The position numbers were made by a program, and so were the translations under genes. Shown here one piece after another: positions 32,664-43,608 of a stretch of 64,000 nucleotides of DNA. This stretch comes from Phycisphaerales bacterium (GTDB lineage Bacteria; Planctomycetota; Phycisphaerae; WQYP01). A model generated the notes under the pieces. The model did not search any database and was not told the origin of the DNA. It saw only the letters and a list, made by a program, of their open reading frames with translations. The DNA is taken from the NCBI GenBank assembly GCA_027451365.1, contig DAIDJN010000073.1:1-64000 (forward strand). The letters run 5' to 3'. Each line of letters starts with the position of its first letter. Positions within the stretch are counted from its first letter, which is position 1.

Positions 32664-35600
32664 TTAGACCCCCTTCTTTTTCTCCAGGGTGATATTCAGG
32701 CCCAGACCACGAATTTCATTACAAAGAACATCAAAGGAGACCGGCGTACCGGCTTCCAGCGAATTGACGCCCTTGACCATGCTTTCGTAAATCTTCGTGC
32801 GGCCTTCCACGTCATCGGATTTCACCGTCAGGAGTTCCTGCAGCACGTACGCCGCGCCGTAGGCTTCCAGTGCCCAGACTTCCATTTCTCCAAAACGCTG
32901 ACCACCGGTCCGCGCCTTGCCGCCGAGCGGCTGCTGTGTGATCAGGCTGTATGGCCCGGTGGACCGGGCATGAATCTTGTCATCGACAAGGTGGTGAAGT
33001 TTAAGCATATACATGTAACCAACGGTGACACGTTGTTCAAACGGCTCGCCCGTGCGGCCGTCGTAAAGGTTCACTTTCAGACTTTGTGGCATTTCCACAA
33101 ATTTTTCATCCGCCGGCGGAGGCAGCTTCTTATCCGCGAGTTCCTTGCGGCGGTTGCGAACATGCTGGTTGGCCTCTTCAACGGCCTTGTGAATTTCGTC
33201 TTCGCTGGCACCGTCAAATACCGGGGTGACCGCTTGGAAGCCAAGCATTGCAGCCGCCCAGCCCAGATGGGTTTCCAGAATCTGACCGACGTTCATACGG
33301 GAAGGCACGCCCAGCGGATTAAGCACAATATCCACCGGTGTTCCATCTTCCAGGAACGGCATATCCTCTTCCGGAACAATTCGGGCAATGACGCCCTTGT
33401 TTCCATGGCGACCGGCCATCTTATCGCCGACGGAAAGCTGTCGCTTGGTGGCCAGATAAATCTTGACCATTTCCAGCACGCCAGTCGGAAGGTCATCACC
33501 GCGCTTCATGTGTTCAAGCTTGCGGGCTTTTTCTTCCTGAAGCGCTTCCAAACGGGCCTTGTAACGGTTGTATGTGACGACCGCTTTTTCGCGGCTGTCT
33601 TCCGGACCTTTGATCCAGTTAACCGAGAAATTTTCCACCTGTTCCAGAATGACTTCATCCAGATCAGATTTACCGACCTTCTGCCGGGTGGACGGGTCCA
33701 CCATCATCTGGCCGGTCACGCCGTTGATTTCATCGGTCATTTTCCGGAACAGTGCGGCAATCTGCGCATCCATCTCGGCGGCGAACCGCTTGGCTTCCTT
33801 TTGCAGGTTCTTCTTCTGATCATCCGTCAGATGCGTTCGGCGGCTGAACCGCTGGGCGCCAATCACGACGCCTTCGGTGCCCGCGGGCACCTCCAACGAA
33901 TCATTTTTCACATCTTCGCCGGCGCGGCCGAAAATGGCGTGCAGCAGTTTCTCTTCCGGAGAAAGTTCGGTCTTGCTCTTGGGCGAAACCTTGCCCACCA
34001 GAATGTCATTGGGACCCACGCGGGTGCCGATGCGGATCACGCCGTCTTCATCCAGATTCTTAAGCGCTTTTTCGCTGACATTCGGAATATCACGCGTGAA
34101 TTCCTCACGGCCGAGCTTCGTTTCTCGAATTTCCACATCGAATTCCTCGATATGGATGGAGGTAAACGTATCTTTCTTGATCAACCGTTCGCTGACCACG
34201 ATGGCGTCTTCAAAGTTGTAGCCGTCGTAGGTCATGAACGCCACAAGCACATTGCGGCCAAGGGCAAGTTCGCCGTTGCTGCAGGCGGGTCCATCAGCCA
34301 GAATCTGATTCTTTTTCACCTTCTGATTCATGGCCACCAGCGGCTTTTGCGTCAGGCAGGTCTTGTCATTAAGACCCGCGTTTTTTCGCAGCATATATTC
34401 ATCGGAGTTGTCGATGACAATGCGCGTGGAATCGACATAGGTGACCACGCCACTGCGTTCAGCCCGAATCACCATGCCGCTGTTGGCGGGCACGTGTTTC
34501 TCCAAGCCGGTTCCCACGACCGGAGGTTCGGTAATCAGAAGGGGCACAGCCTGGCGCTGCATGTTGGAACCCATCAACGCCCGGTTGGCGTCGTCATGTT
34601 CCAGGAACGGGATCAGCGCGGCGGAAATGGCCACGACCTGCTTGGGTGAAATATCGACATAATTAATATCCGAACCGCGGGCCTGCTGAAGATCGCCATT
34701 GACACGGGCCAACAACAGGTCCTGTCGAACCTTGAGTGTTTTGGGATCCACGGTTTCCGGCGGGGCCAGCACGGCTTTCATTTCCTCGTCCGCCCGCAGG
34801 TACTTCACCTGTCCGCTGACCTTGCCGTTTTCCACCACCCGATACGGTGTAATCAGGAAGCCGTATTCATCAATGCCGGCATAAATGGACAGCGACGCGA
34901 TCAGACCGATGTTCGTGCCTTCCGGCGTTTCAATCGGGCAGATGCGACCATAATGGGAAATATGCACATCGCGAACTTCAAAGCCAGCGCGTTTGCGGTT
35001 CAAACCGCCAGGCCCAAGGGCCGACAGGCGCCGTTCGTGCGTCAACTGGGAAAGCGGATTGGTTTGGTCCACAACCTGTGAGAGTTCGCTTCGCCCGAAG
35101 AAAAATTCGATCGACGCGCTGATGCTCTTGGAATTGACCAGTTCCACAATCTTGGGATTTTCATCCTGCGCCTTAGATGAAAGCCGTTCCTGAATGGTGC
35201 GGCGAAGTTTCAGAAAGCCTTTCCGCAGTTCTTCCTGGGCCAGCTCATCAATGGTGCGAAGACGACGGTTGCCCAGATGGTCAATATCATCCACGTAACC
35301 CTTATTGGCGCGCAGTTCCATGATGTATTTGATGCTTCCAAGAATGTCTTCAGCGCGAAGCGTCATGACATCTTCAGGCACATTTTGTTCAAACTTGCGG
35401 TTAATGCGGAAACGGCCCACGCGGCCCAGCCGGTAGCGGTTGGCATCAAAGAAGCGTTCTGCGAAAAGGGTTTTGGCCTTGTCGTCATTCGGTGGATTGC
35501 CGGGGCGCAGTCGGCTGTAAATTTTCCGCAGGGCCTCTTTGTGGCTATGCGAATCATCTTCCTGAAGGGTATTAAGAATGACCGGGTCAATGACCTTTTC

Positions 35601-36410
35601 AATGACTTCCAGCTTCTTGACGCTGCTGGCCTGAATTTTGGCCACCCGGTCACCGATTTGCGTGCCGGCCTTTACCAGCTCTTCACCGGTTTGGGTATCA
35701 ATAATGGAACCGACGGCATAATATTCGGGCTTAAGCTGGCCAACGGGCACGGACCGGGTTTCGTAAAATGCCTTGAGCAGCGACTCATCCGTGCCGAATT
35801 TTTCATCCATTGCACGAAGGAATGTGGTGGCGGGAATTTTACTGGATTGGTCAATCCGAACAGCCAGAACATCTTTCTTGGTGACGTTAATTTCAATCCA
35901 ACTTCCGCGTTCCGGAATTACGCGGCAGGCGTGAAGCGGACGGTCGCCTTCCTGGGAGTCGATGACAAAATCGACCCCCGGTGATCGGTGCAACTGGGAT
36001 ACAATCACACGCTCCGCGCCATTGATAATGAATTCGCCGCCGCCGGTCATAATCGGCACTTCGCCCAGGTAAATTGATTCTTCCTGAACGTCGGCCTTTC
36101 CCTTGCGGCTGAAACGCACCTTGATGCGCATGGGCATGCCGTAGGTCAGCCGCAGGGCGCGGCATTCATCCTGCGTGTAGCGGGCACGCTGAAGTTCGTA
36201 GCTGACATATTCGAGCTTCATGCTCTGGTCATAGGATTCAATCGGGAAGACTTCGCGCAGCAACGCCTCGATCCCTTCGTTCTTCCGTTTGTCGGGTTCA
36301 ACACCAGACTGAAGAAAGCGCTTGTAAGCGGCAGTCTGCACTTGAATCAGGTTGGGAATTTCAAGAGCATCGCCACGCTTGGAATAGTCACGCACTTGCG
36401 TTATACGCAT
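32664..36410 (-). CDS. rpoB: RNA polymerase beta subunit
   Basis: [45 protein letters not shown]. Confidence 0.99.
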   Translation of the reverse strand: MRITQVRDYSKRGDALEIPNLIQVQTAAYKRFLQSGVEPDKRKNEGIEALLREVFPIESYDQSMKLEYVSYELQRARYTQDECRALRLTYGMPMRIKVRFSRKGKADVQEESIYLGEVPIMTGGGEFIINGAERVIVSQLHRSPGVDFVIDSQEGDRPLHACRVIPERGSWIEINVTKKDVLAVRIDQSSKIPATTFLRAMDEKFGTDESLLKAFYETRSVPVGQLKPEYYAVGSIIDTQTGEELVKAGTQIGDRVAKIQASSVKKLEVIEKVIDPVILNTLQEDDSHSHKEALRKIYSRLRPGNPPNDDKAKTLFAERFFDANRYRLGRVGRFRINRKFEQNVPEDVMTLRAEDILGSIKYIMELRANKGYVDDIDHLGNRRLRTIDELAQEELRKGFLKLRRTIQERLSSKAQDENPKIVELVNSKSISASIEFFFGRSELSQVVDQTNPLSQLTHERRLSALGPGGLNRKRAGFEVRDVHISHYGRICPIETPEGTNIGLIASLSIYAGIDEYGFLITPYRVVENGKVSGQVKYLRADEEMKAVLAPPETVDPKTLKVRQDLLLARVNGDLQQARGSDINYVDISPKQVVAISAALIPFLEHDDANRALMGSNMQRQAVPLLITEPPVVGTGLEKHVPANSGMVIRAERSGVVTYVDSTRIVIDNSDEYMLRKNAGLNDKTCLTQKPLVAMNQKVKKNQILADGPACSNGELALGRNVLVAFMTYDGYNFEDAIVVSERLIKKDTFTSIHIEEFDVEIRETKLGREEFTRDIPNVSEKALKNLDEDGVIRIGTRVGPNDILVGKVSPKSKTELSPEEKLLHAIFGRAGEDVKNDSLEVPAGTEGVVIGAQRFSRRTHLTDDQKKNLQKEAKRFAAEMDAQIAALFRKMTDEINGVTGQMMVDPSTRQKVGKSDLDEVILEQVENFSVNWIKGPEDSREKAVVTYNRYKARLEALQEEKARKLEHMKRGDDLPTGVLEMVKIYLATKRQLSVGDKMAGRHGNKGVIARIVPEEDMPFLEDGTPVDIVLNPLGVPSRMNVGQILETHLGWAAAMLGFQAVTPVFDGASEDEIHKAVEEANQHVRNRRKELADKKLPPPADEKFVEMPQSLKVNLYDGRTGEPFEQRVTVGYMYMLKLHHLVDDKIHARSTGPYSLITQQPLGGKARTGGQRFGEMEVWALEAYGAAYVLQELLTVKSDDVEGRTKIYESMVKGVNSLEAGTPVSFDVLCNEIRGLGLNITLEKKKGV

Positions 36411-36959
36411 AGATTCACCTTTTAGTCACTAAATCCGCAAATATCTGTTATGCGATCGGGACCGACAAAATTGGAACTGATAACGGTGGGGGTAAGACAA
36501 CACAAAATCTGCTTTGGCTTTCCATAGCCCATTATTGTACAACGGATTGACCACTGGATGCAAGTGGCGCGCCAAACCAATTATTTTTCCGCCAAATCGC
36601 GTTTTATCGTCCAGCATGATAGATTCGCTTTTACGTTAAACAATATCTCTTTTATAATTATTTTCCGCTCCATGCGCGTCCTCCATTAATTTACAGCGCC
36701 GCTCACTGTAAGTCCTTATGACGATTTGGGGCGAGCGGCCTTACGGTGGTGAGCCGCCTGGACAAGGTCTATGCCGACGGCAGTGAGGCAAAAATAATCT
36801 GGCTTACGTGGCGCAACCCAACCTATCGTCACCAGGCGGTGCGCCAAATACCTGAGGGCCGGTCAAGAAAATCGGGAACGGCCCACACATTTTTTTACCG
36901 GTCAATTGATTCCTCTTGCAGTCAATTTTTTTACTGCCGCAAATTCCGCTGCCCGCGAA

Positions 36960-36988
36960 TTGACGGCCACCACGGAAAATCTTAAACT
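36960..36988 (+). promoter_or_regulatory. Sigma70 promoter of tRNA-His
   Basis: TTGACG-17 bp-TAAACT just upstream of the tRNA. Confidence 0.7.
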
Positions 36989-37004
36989 GCTGGACTTGCC
37001 TTAT

Positions 37005-37079
37005 GGTGGATTTAGCTCAGTTGGTTAGAGCACGGGGTTGTGATCCTCGGGGTCGCGGGTTCGAGTCCCGTAATCCACC
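37005..37079 (+). tRNA. tRNA-His (GTG)
   Basis: G-1; acceptor GTGGATT/AATCCAC; anticodon arm CGGGG-TTGTGAT-CCTCG; T arm GCGGG-TTCGAGT-CCCGT; C73; CCA not encoded. Confidence 0.97.
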
Positions 37080-37106
37080 CTTTTTTCAAAAAACCGGCCA
37101 GAAGTC

Positions 37107-38792
37107 TCAGCCGTCAAAGCAAATTGGACCAGGATTGTAGCGCTGAGCTATCGGCATACGCCGACCATAGCCAAATGCCCGTGAGGTCACCTTCAAGCCC
37201 GGCGGCATCTGTTTGCGTTTATATTCATTGGTATCCACCAGGCGGGCCACCCGCATGACCAGGGCCTCATCCCAGCCCGCGGCGACAATTTCCGGGACTG
37301 ACTTTTCTTCTTCCACATACATTTGCAGAATACCATCCAGCACATCGTAAGGGGGAAGGGAATCCTGGTCTTTCTGGTTCGGCCGCAATTCCGCACTCGG
37401 CGGTTTGGTCAGTGTGCTTTGCGGAATCGGGGGTGCCTTATTTTCGCCTGTAGCGCGGGTATTGATATATTCCGCCAATGGATAGACCATCGTTTTGGGC
37501 ACATCGCTGATCACCGCCAGGCCGCCGCACATATCACCATAAAGCGTGCAATAACCGGTGGCGATTTCACTTTTATTACCCGTCGTCAGCAGCAGATGGC
37601 CGAATTTATTGGAAAGGGACATCAGAATATTTCCGCGGATTCTGGCCTGGATATTTTCCTCGGCAATTCCCGGAGACAGGCCGTGAAATTCGTCCGCCAG
37701 CGCCGTTTCCATGGCGGCATGGACCGGTTCAATGGGAATAACCCGGTATTGAATTTTTAATGCCCGAGCCAGCTGCGCGGCATCTGAAAGAGAATGGTCC
37801 GAACTGTAGCGCGACGGCAGTGCAATACCGGTGACATTGTTTGCGCCCAGGGCCGCGGCCGCCAGCGCGGCAACAACAGCCGAGTCTATTCCGCCTGAAA
37901 TGCCCAATACCGCAGTCTTAAAGCCGCATTTACGCGCGTAATCGTTCAGGCCCATCACCAGAGCCGCATAAAGTGCGGTGATCCCGCTGGCGGGCGGGCG
38001 GCCCGAAAGTGGCGCAGTTTGACCCGCCGGAGGAATATCCACCAAAACCAGATCAGCGGCAAAATCCGCCGCCTGCGCCAGCGGTTGGCCATCGGCGGCA
38101 ACTGCCAGCGAATTGCCGTCAAAAATCAGTTCGTCATTAGCGCCGACCTGATTCACATACACGACCGGCATTTTCCAGCGGCGCGCCTGATGGCTGACCA
38201 GCCGCCTGCGATAATCGTTCTTCCCAAGTACAAACGGAGAGGCGCTCATGTTTATCAGCAGGTCGGCACCGCCACGGGCCAACGCCTCCACCGGATTGAA
38301 CGGATATAGCCGGCGGCCCACCAGTTCTTCATCATTCCAGAGGTCTTCGCAAATGGAAAGCCCGAGTTTTTTTCCCCGGTAATTCACCACTTCCACATTT
38401 GGGCCTGGCTCAAAATACCGGCTTTCGTCAAACACATCGTAAGTCGGCAGAAGGCTTTTACGGGCTTGGGCGGCAATCTGGCCATCCACAAGCAGCGCCG
38501 CCGTATTAAACAGGCGGCGACCGACCATAGCCCTGTTTTCCTCGGCATATCCGACCAGAACACCAATGCCTCTGGTGACACCTGCGATATGTGCCAGCGC
38601 ATCGCGCATCTGTCCGAGAACCGCGGGCTTAAGCAGCAGGTCCCGCGGCGGATAGCCAATCAGAGAAAGTTCGGGCGTGACCAAAAGATCGGCCCCGCCG
38701 GCACGCGCGGTTTCCGCCGCCGCCAGAATGGCGCGGGTGTTTCCCGCAATGTCGCCCACGGTTGGATTCAACTGGGCCATCGCAATGCGCAT
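37107..38792 (-). CDS. nadE: Glutamine-dependent NAD+ synthetase
   Basis: Nitrilase domain (PELSLIGYPPRD, ICEDLW) plus SGGIDS, NIQARIR, TGNKSE, PPSAEL. Confidence 0.95.
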   Translation of the reverse strand: MRIAMAQLNPTVGDIAGNTRAILAAAETARAGGADLLVTPELSLIGYPPRDLLLKPAVLGQMRDALAHIAGVTRGIGVLVGYAEENRAMVGRRLFNTAALLVDGQIAAQARKSLLPTYDVFDESRYFEPGPNVEVVNYRGKKLGLSICEDLWNDEELVGRRLYPFNPVEALARGGADLLINMSASPFVLGKNDYRRRLVSHQARRWKMPVVYVNQVGANDELIFDGNSLAVAADGQPLAQAADFAADLVLVDIPPAGQTAPLSGRPPASGITALYAALVMGLNDYARKCGFKTAVLGISGGIDSAVVAALAAAALGANNVTGIALPSRYSSDHSLSDAAQLARALKIQYRVIPIEPVHAAMETALADEFHGLSPGIAEENIQARIRGNILMSLSNKFGHLLLTTGNKSEIATGYCTLYGDMCGGLAVISDVPKTMVYPLAEYINTRATGENKAPPIPQSTLTKPPSAELRPNQKDQDSLPPYDVLDGILQMYVEEEKSVPEIVAAGWDEALVMRVARLVDTNEYKRKQMPPGLKVTSRAFGYGRRMPIAQRYNPGPICFDG

Positions 38793-38896
38793 GCTTGATT
38801 TTTCCAGACTTTGGTTTCGCCGCAAAAAGCCGGAGCCTGCCCGTTTACGCCAGAGCGCATCGGCCGTCCCCGGCCAATCACGCGCCCGGATTATTT

Positions 38897-39883
38897 TCAG
38901 CCCTGAAAATAGATCGCCTTTTTAATGCCCGCGGCCACACGGTTGACATCGGGCACAACATGCTGAAGCAACGGTTTGCTGTAGGGCATTGGCACATCCA
39001 GAGAGGCAATCCGCGCTACGGCATTATCCAGTGCATCCAGGCAATTTTCCTGTACGGCGGCGGCTATTTCAGACCCGACACCGCAGGTGGGATAGCCTTC
39101 TTCCACGGTGATGCAATACCCGGTTTTACGAACCGAGGCGAAAATAGCGTCGGTATCCATCGGACGAAGCGTCCGCAGGTCCAGCACTTCCGCATCAATT
39201 CCATGGTCTTTGTGAAGCTGTTCCGCCGCGGCCAGAGCTGTCAGGCAGGTTTTGCCCCAGGCCACGACGGTGCAATCTTTTCCGGCCCGTTTAATATCCG
39301 CTTTGCCAAAAGGAATGGTGTATTCTTCGTCAGGCACTTCGCCACGATTCCCGTACATTGATTCATTTTCCAGAAAAATAACCGGATCATCATCGCGAAT
39401 TGCGGTTTTCAGAAGACCTTTGGCATCATAAGGTGTAGAGGGGATAACTACTTTCAGCCCCGGCACGTGCGTGTAAAGCGCATCAACCGTCCAGGAATGC
39501 GTGGCCGCCAACTGCTGGCCCGGCCCGGAAATACCGCGGAATACAATGGGTACTTTCACCTGCCCGCCAGACATGTGGCGGACCTTGGGAGCGTTGTTGA
39601 CCACCTGATCAAACGCGACCAGGGAAAATGAAAAGGTCATGAATTCAATAATCGGCCTCATGCCGACCATCGCCGCGCCTACGCCAAGTCCGGCGAAACC
39701 CGATTCAGAAATAGGGGCATCGACCACGCGCATGGGACCGAATTTTGCCAGCATGCCCTGCGAAACTTTGTAAGCGCCGTCATATTCAGCCACTTCTTCA
39801 CCCATCAGAAAAACGTCCGGGTCGCGCTGCATTTCTTCGCACATGGCCTGATTGAGGGCTTCACGAAACTGAATGACTGGCAT
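38897..39883 (-). CDS. pdhB: Pyruvate dehydrogenase E1 beta subunit
   Basis: GEEVAEYDGAYKVSQG, PISE, EFMTFSF, PGLKVV, DLRTLRP. Confidence 0.93.
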   Translation of the reverse strand: MPVIQFREALNQAMCEEMQRDPDVFLMGEEVAEYDGAYKVSQGMLAKFGPMRVVDAPISESGFAGLGVGAAMVGMRPIIEFMTFSFSLVAFDQVVNNAPKVRHMSGGQVKVPIVFRGISGPGQQLAATHSWTVDALYTHVPGLKVVIPSTPYDAKGLLKTAIRDDDPVIFLENESMYGNRGEVPDEEYTIPFGKADIKRAGKDCTVVAWGKTCLTALAAAEQLHKDHGIDAEVLDLRTLRPMDTDAIFASVRKTGYCITVEEGYPTCGVGSEIAAAVQENCLDALDNAVARIASLDVPMPYSKPLLQHVVPDVNRVAAGIKKAIYFQG

Positions 39884-39960
39884 GGGTAAATCCTTTGCAT
39901 CTCTGGCGACTCAATTCGGCCGCCGGGTGTTATTTTGTTAAAAACCGGAACTCCGTCCGC

Positions 39961-40977
39961 TCAGGCCTGATAGGGTCCATACGGGTTGGAATAAATATCC
40001 TGCCACACTTCCTGATTATCCGGATATGGATCGGCGTCCGCCAAGGCATGGGCGGCCTCCACCTGATTGTGAATTTCCTCGTTTATAGCCTGAACTTTTG
40101 CTTCATCCAGTGCGCCAGAATCGCGCAACTGTTTTTCCAGCCGACCAATGGGGTCATGTTCCTGATAACGGCCCACTTCTTCTTTGGTTCTGTATTTCTG
40201 CGGGTCGGACATGCTGTGGCCACGATAGCGATAGGTTTTAACATCCAGAAAGATGGATCCATTGCCCTGGCGGCAATATTCGGCCGCGGAAAGAATCATT
40301 TTGTACATCGCGGTGCAATCCATGCCATCGACATCCTTGCCGGGAATGCCGAAAGCATCTCCACTGCGAAGCTTCAGGTCAGTTACCGCGGAATGACGGT
40401 GCAGATGCGTGCCCATGCCGTAGCCGTTGTTTTCCACCATAAATATGATGGGCAATTTGAACAGTCCCGCCAGATTGAACGCCTCATGCAGCGCCCCCTG
40501 ATTCATGGCTCCATCACCAAAATAGCAGAGCACCACACGGTCTTCCTTGCGGTATTTGATGGCCCAGCCCAATCCAACCGCCAGCGGAACGTGCGCACCA
40601 ACTATGGCATGGCCGCCGAAGAAATTCTTCTGCACGTCAAAGAAGTGCATGGAACCACCCTTGCCATGCGAACAACCGGTCTTTTTTCCGTACAATTCCG
40701 CAAATAGAGAGCGGATATCCATACCCTTGGCAATGGCATGGCCATGGTCGCGATAAGCGGTAATGACATAATCCGTCGGGCGAACAGCCGCAATACTGCC
40801 GACAGCCACAGCTTCCTGTCCATTGTAAAGGTGGCAAAATCCGCCGATTTTCTGCTGCTGATAGGACTGTGAACAGCGCGTTTCGAACTGCCGGATCAAT
40901 GCCATCTGGCGGTACCATTCCAGCATCTGGGATACGGACGGTTCGACTTTTTGACTTGTTTCAACCATGGTCGTCAC
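39961..40977 (-). CDS. pdhA: Pyruvate dehydrogenase E1 alpha subunit
   Basis: GFCHLYNGQEA, GKGGSMH, TPP motif GDGA..ENN, YRYRGHSMSDP; start GTG 40977 or ATG 40968. Confidence 0.93.
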   Translation of the reverse strand: MTTMVETSQKVEPSVSQMLEWYRQMALIRQFETRCSQSYQQQKIGGFCHLYNGQEAVAVGSIAAVRPTDYVITAYRDHGHAIAKGMDIRSLFAELYGKKTGCSHGKGGSMHFFDVQKNFFGGHAIVGAHVPLAVGLGWAIKYRKEDRVVLCYFGDGAMNQGALHEAFNLAGLFKLPIIFMVENNGYGMGTHLHRHSAVTDLKLRSGDAFGIPGKDVDGMDCTAMYKMILSAAEYCRQGNGSIFLDVKTYRYRGHSMSDPQKYRTKEEVGRYQEHDPIGRLEKQLRDSGALDEAKVQAINEEIHNQVEAAHALADADPYPDNQEVWQDIYSNPYGPYQA

Positions 40978-41458
40978 ATTGACACCTTTTTGCAAAAGAC
41001 CGTAAACACACCGCTCCCGTTTAGTTACCGGCCCCGATGGCCGCTGGCAACTGACTCGCCAAAGCAACTTCCTCCAGTCCGCTGTGGAGTGCCCCCGGCC
41101 TGAAGCCGTTGACATAAACGACCCGTGCATTTTAGTAGGTCCCGGCGGCCAAGCCAAGCGCCCCGGCGAAAAGCTGATGAATGGGACAATTTAATGATTT
41201 GCTTCGCCCTGTATACTGGCCCATGCCGGTATCCGCTGGAATTGCGAATGGACACAACGTCGGACCGGTTTTTTCAATGTCAATTCGTGCGGGCGGGCGA
41301 ACCGTCAGGCCGCGGCCGCCATGGCGCTGACAGCGACGCAGTCAGTTGCACATTATTCCGCGGGATAACACTGATAAATCTGCTGTGAATGGTACCGAAA
41401 ACGGGGCATGAATCAGTGTCATGAGAGTGTCGCAATGTGATAAAATTTAGACGCAAAA

Positions 41459-41499
41459 TGATATTGTATACGTCCAATTCAGGTGTATACTCAATATCA
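41459..41499. promoter_or_regulatory. Imperfect inverted repeat, possible repressor operator
   Basis: TGATATTGTATAC...GTATACTCAATATCA with two GTATAC cores in the AT-rich region upstream of the prepilin-like gene. Confidence 0.4.
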
Positions 41500-41617
41500 A
41501 CAAACGCGATCATCGGCTGGAAGTCTTTGGCCGACCGCACCGTCTGGTCGAAGTAATAACACGCTGCTTGGCGCACCACAGTGGTTTTCAGGCAGCGGCA
41601 ACGAGGAGTAACAGATT

Positions 41618-42505
41618 ATGACATGCGACAAGCCCATTTTTGACCGGCGAGCGGGTTTTACCCTGGTGGAACTGCTGGTGGTTATCAGCATTATTGCCCT
41701 GCTTATCTCGCTTCTGCTTCCTGCCTTGGCCAAGGCCAGAACTCTGGCCCAGACGACCGTCTGCCTGTCTAACCTGCGGCAGGTGGCGCTGGCTGCTACG
41801 GAATATGCCCAAGACAACCACGGCCGCGGGCCATCCTATGCGCTCAATCCCGCGAATGTCATGTCCAATAACACCGCCTTCTGGGATCAGATGCTTTTAC
41901 CCTATGTTGTTTCCGGTGCCACCACCGGCAAAATACAATTAGTAAAGGGACCGGAAGTGCAATACTTCGGCCAATTTTCGCCCAATACACTCACCACTGT
42001 CTTTTTATGCCCCACAGCCGCGGCCCAGAACCAGTACGTCAGTTGGTGGCATTCCCCCGTTATGAACTGGCGGACCTATGAAATTAATTCGCTGATGGCC
42101 GGCGCATGGCCCAATGGCGATGGCGTGTCCAATCCCGGCGCGCCGCCGCCGGACCTGGCCACGATAGATTCACCGGCCACCACTGTCTGGTTTTTTGACA
42201 CGCCAACGGCATTTCCGATGGGCCAATGGGAAGCGAACAATAATTATCCGCCATACCCGTGGGCACAGTTCTATCCCGAACACAATTTGGTTTACAACGG
42301 CAACGCTTTCTGGACGCCCTGGGGCTATCAACAGCAAGTTACCGGCGATGAAAATGTCGCCTTCTGTGATGGCCATGCCGATTCCGTGCTTATTACGGTC
42401 AACCATTGGACCACCAATCCGTCAAACACCAGCGGGCAGCTTGGTCAGTCTGATAGCGTACAGCCCATGCAATATGGTGTGAAAATGATTCCAACCGCGC
42501 CCTGA
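41618..42505 (+). CDS. Prepilin-type N-terminal cleavage/methylation protein (DUF1559-like)
   Basis: [41 protein letters not shown]-terminal NVAFCDGHA. Confidence 0.9.
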   Translation: MTCDKPIFDRRAGFTLVELLVVISIIALLISLLLPALAKARTLAQTTVCLSNLRQVALAATEYAQDNHGRGPSYALNPANVMSNNTAFWDQMLLPYVVSGATTGKIQLVKGPEVQYFGQFSPNTLTTVFLCPTAAAQNQYVSWWHSPVMNWRTYEINSLMAGAWPNGDGVSNPGAPPPDLATIDSPATTVWFFDTPTAFPMGQWEANNNYPPYPWAQFYPEHNLVYNGNAFWTPWGYQQQVTGDENVAFCDGHADSVLITVNHWTTNPSNTSGQLGQSDSVQPMQYGVKMIPTAP

Positions 42506-42591
42506 CCGGCGAGGGAAGTTTTGGGAGAGCACCCCACGGTGTGTTGCCGGGGCGGGCAAGCGACTTCCATGTTTTTTAGAAGGAGTGTCTT

Positions 42592-43446
42592 ATGACACAC
42601 TACAAATCCCGCAGGCTAATGATGCCTGCAATTATCGTGGCAGTTGCGACAATGGCGATACCCGCAATTACGCAGGCAAACACGATCGTATACGACACAT
42701 TTACAGCGTCCAAAGTGACGGCAGTTCCGGGCAGTACGCCCGATACGGGCCCGGCGGGCGCAACTTGGCTGCAAAATGGATACGCTGGCTATCAGGACAA
42801 CTACACAGGCGGCACGGCCACCCTTGGCGCGGATGCTGGCAACGGTATCTCACTATCCGGCGTCACCGCGACGAGCCTCACCCTTTCGGATTCTTTTAAC
42901 TTGACCAATGACTCCAACAGCGGTCAAAATGCAAATTACTCAGCAAATTCCGGCCATGGTGCCGGGCTTGGATTTTATTCCAGCGTTCAAGCCACCAGCC
43001 ACGCATGGAATAACTTTACCGGCCTGCGCGTTACGGCGAACGGATATATCGTATTGGCCACATCCAGTGGTAATACCGTGAATACCGATACTGATCTGGC
43101 CAGTTCACAGGTTTCCACCAGTAGCTCGTTTGGGACGACCACCCACACGCTTTCCTATACGGTCAATATCGGTGCCACATCGAACTGGCTTTCCAACATC
43201 ATACTGGACGGTAATAATGTCACCGGCGACCTGACTCTGACGAGTATTACCAATCCGTTTACGACAGCGGCATCGCGGTATTTTGGCTTTTATAACTCCA
43301 CAACTGGGTATCAATCCAATGTGACAGGGGCTTACGAAACTGTAGGCCTTTCCACTGCCGCGGTTCCTGAACCCGCATCACTCGGCATTTTGGCCGTTGG
43401 CGCTGCGGGCCTTCTGCTGGCTGGACGCCGCAAACTGCGGGTGTGA
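42592..43446 (+). CDS. PEP-CTERM sorting-domain secreted protein
   Basis: Signal peptide, Ser/Thr/Asn-rich body, C-terminal VPEPASLGILAVGAAGLLLAGRRK. Confidence 0.92.
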   Translation: MTHYKSRRLMMPAIIVAVATMAIPAITQANTIVYDTFTASKVTAVPGSTPDTGPAGATWLQNGYAGYQDNYTGGTATLGADAGNGISLSGVTATSLTLSDSFNLTNDSNSGQNANYSANSGHGAGLGFYSSVQATSHAWNNFTGLRVTANGYIVLATSSGNTVNTDTDLASSQVSTSSSFGTTTHTLSYTVNIGATSNWLSNIILDGNNVTGDLTLTSITNPFTTAASRYFGFYNSTTGYQSNVTGAYETVGLSTAAVPEPASLGILAVGAAGLLLAGRRKLRV

Positions 43447-43505
43447 TATTCCGAACGCTTGGGCTGCCCAACGACATAGGGCGGCGAAACCATCGGCTCT
43501 CCCTG

Positions 43506-43545
43506 AAGGGGAGCCATTTGGAATAATTTCCGATGGCTCCCCTTT
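43506..43545 (+). terminator. Intrinsic terminator-like hairpin after the PEP-CTERM gene
   Basis: AAGGGGAGCCATTTGGAA-TAAT-TTCCGATGGCTCCCCTTT. Confidence 0.7.
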
Positions 43546-43608
43546 CTGCAATCCCGCCGTGGTGATAGTCTATTAAATTCTGACAACATTTTTACGGAAA
43601 CAGACTTC

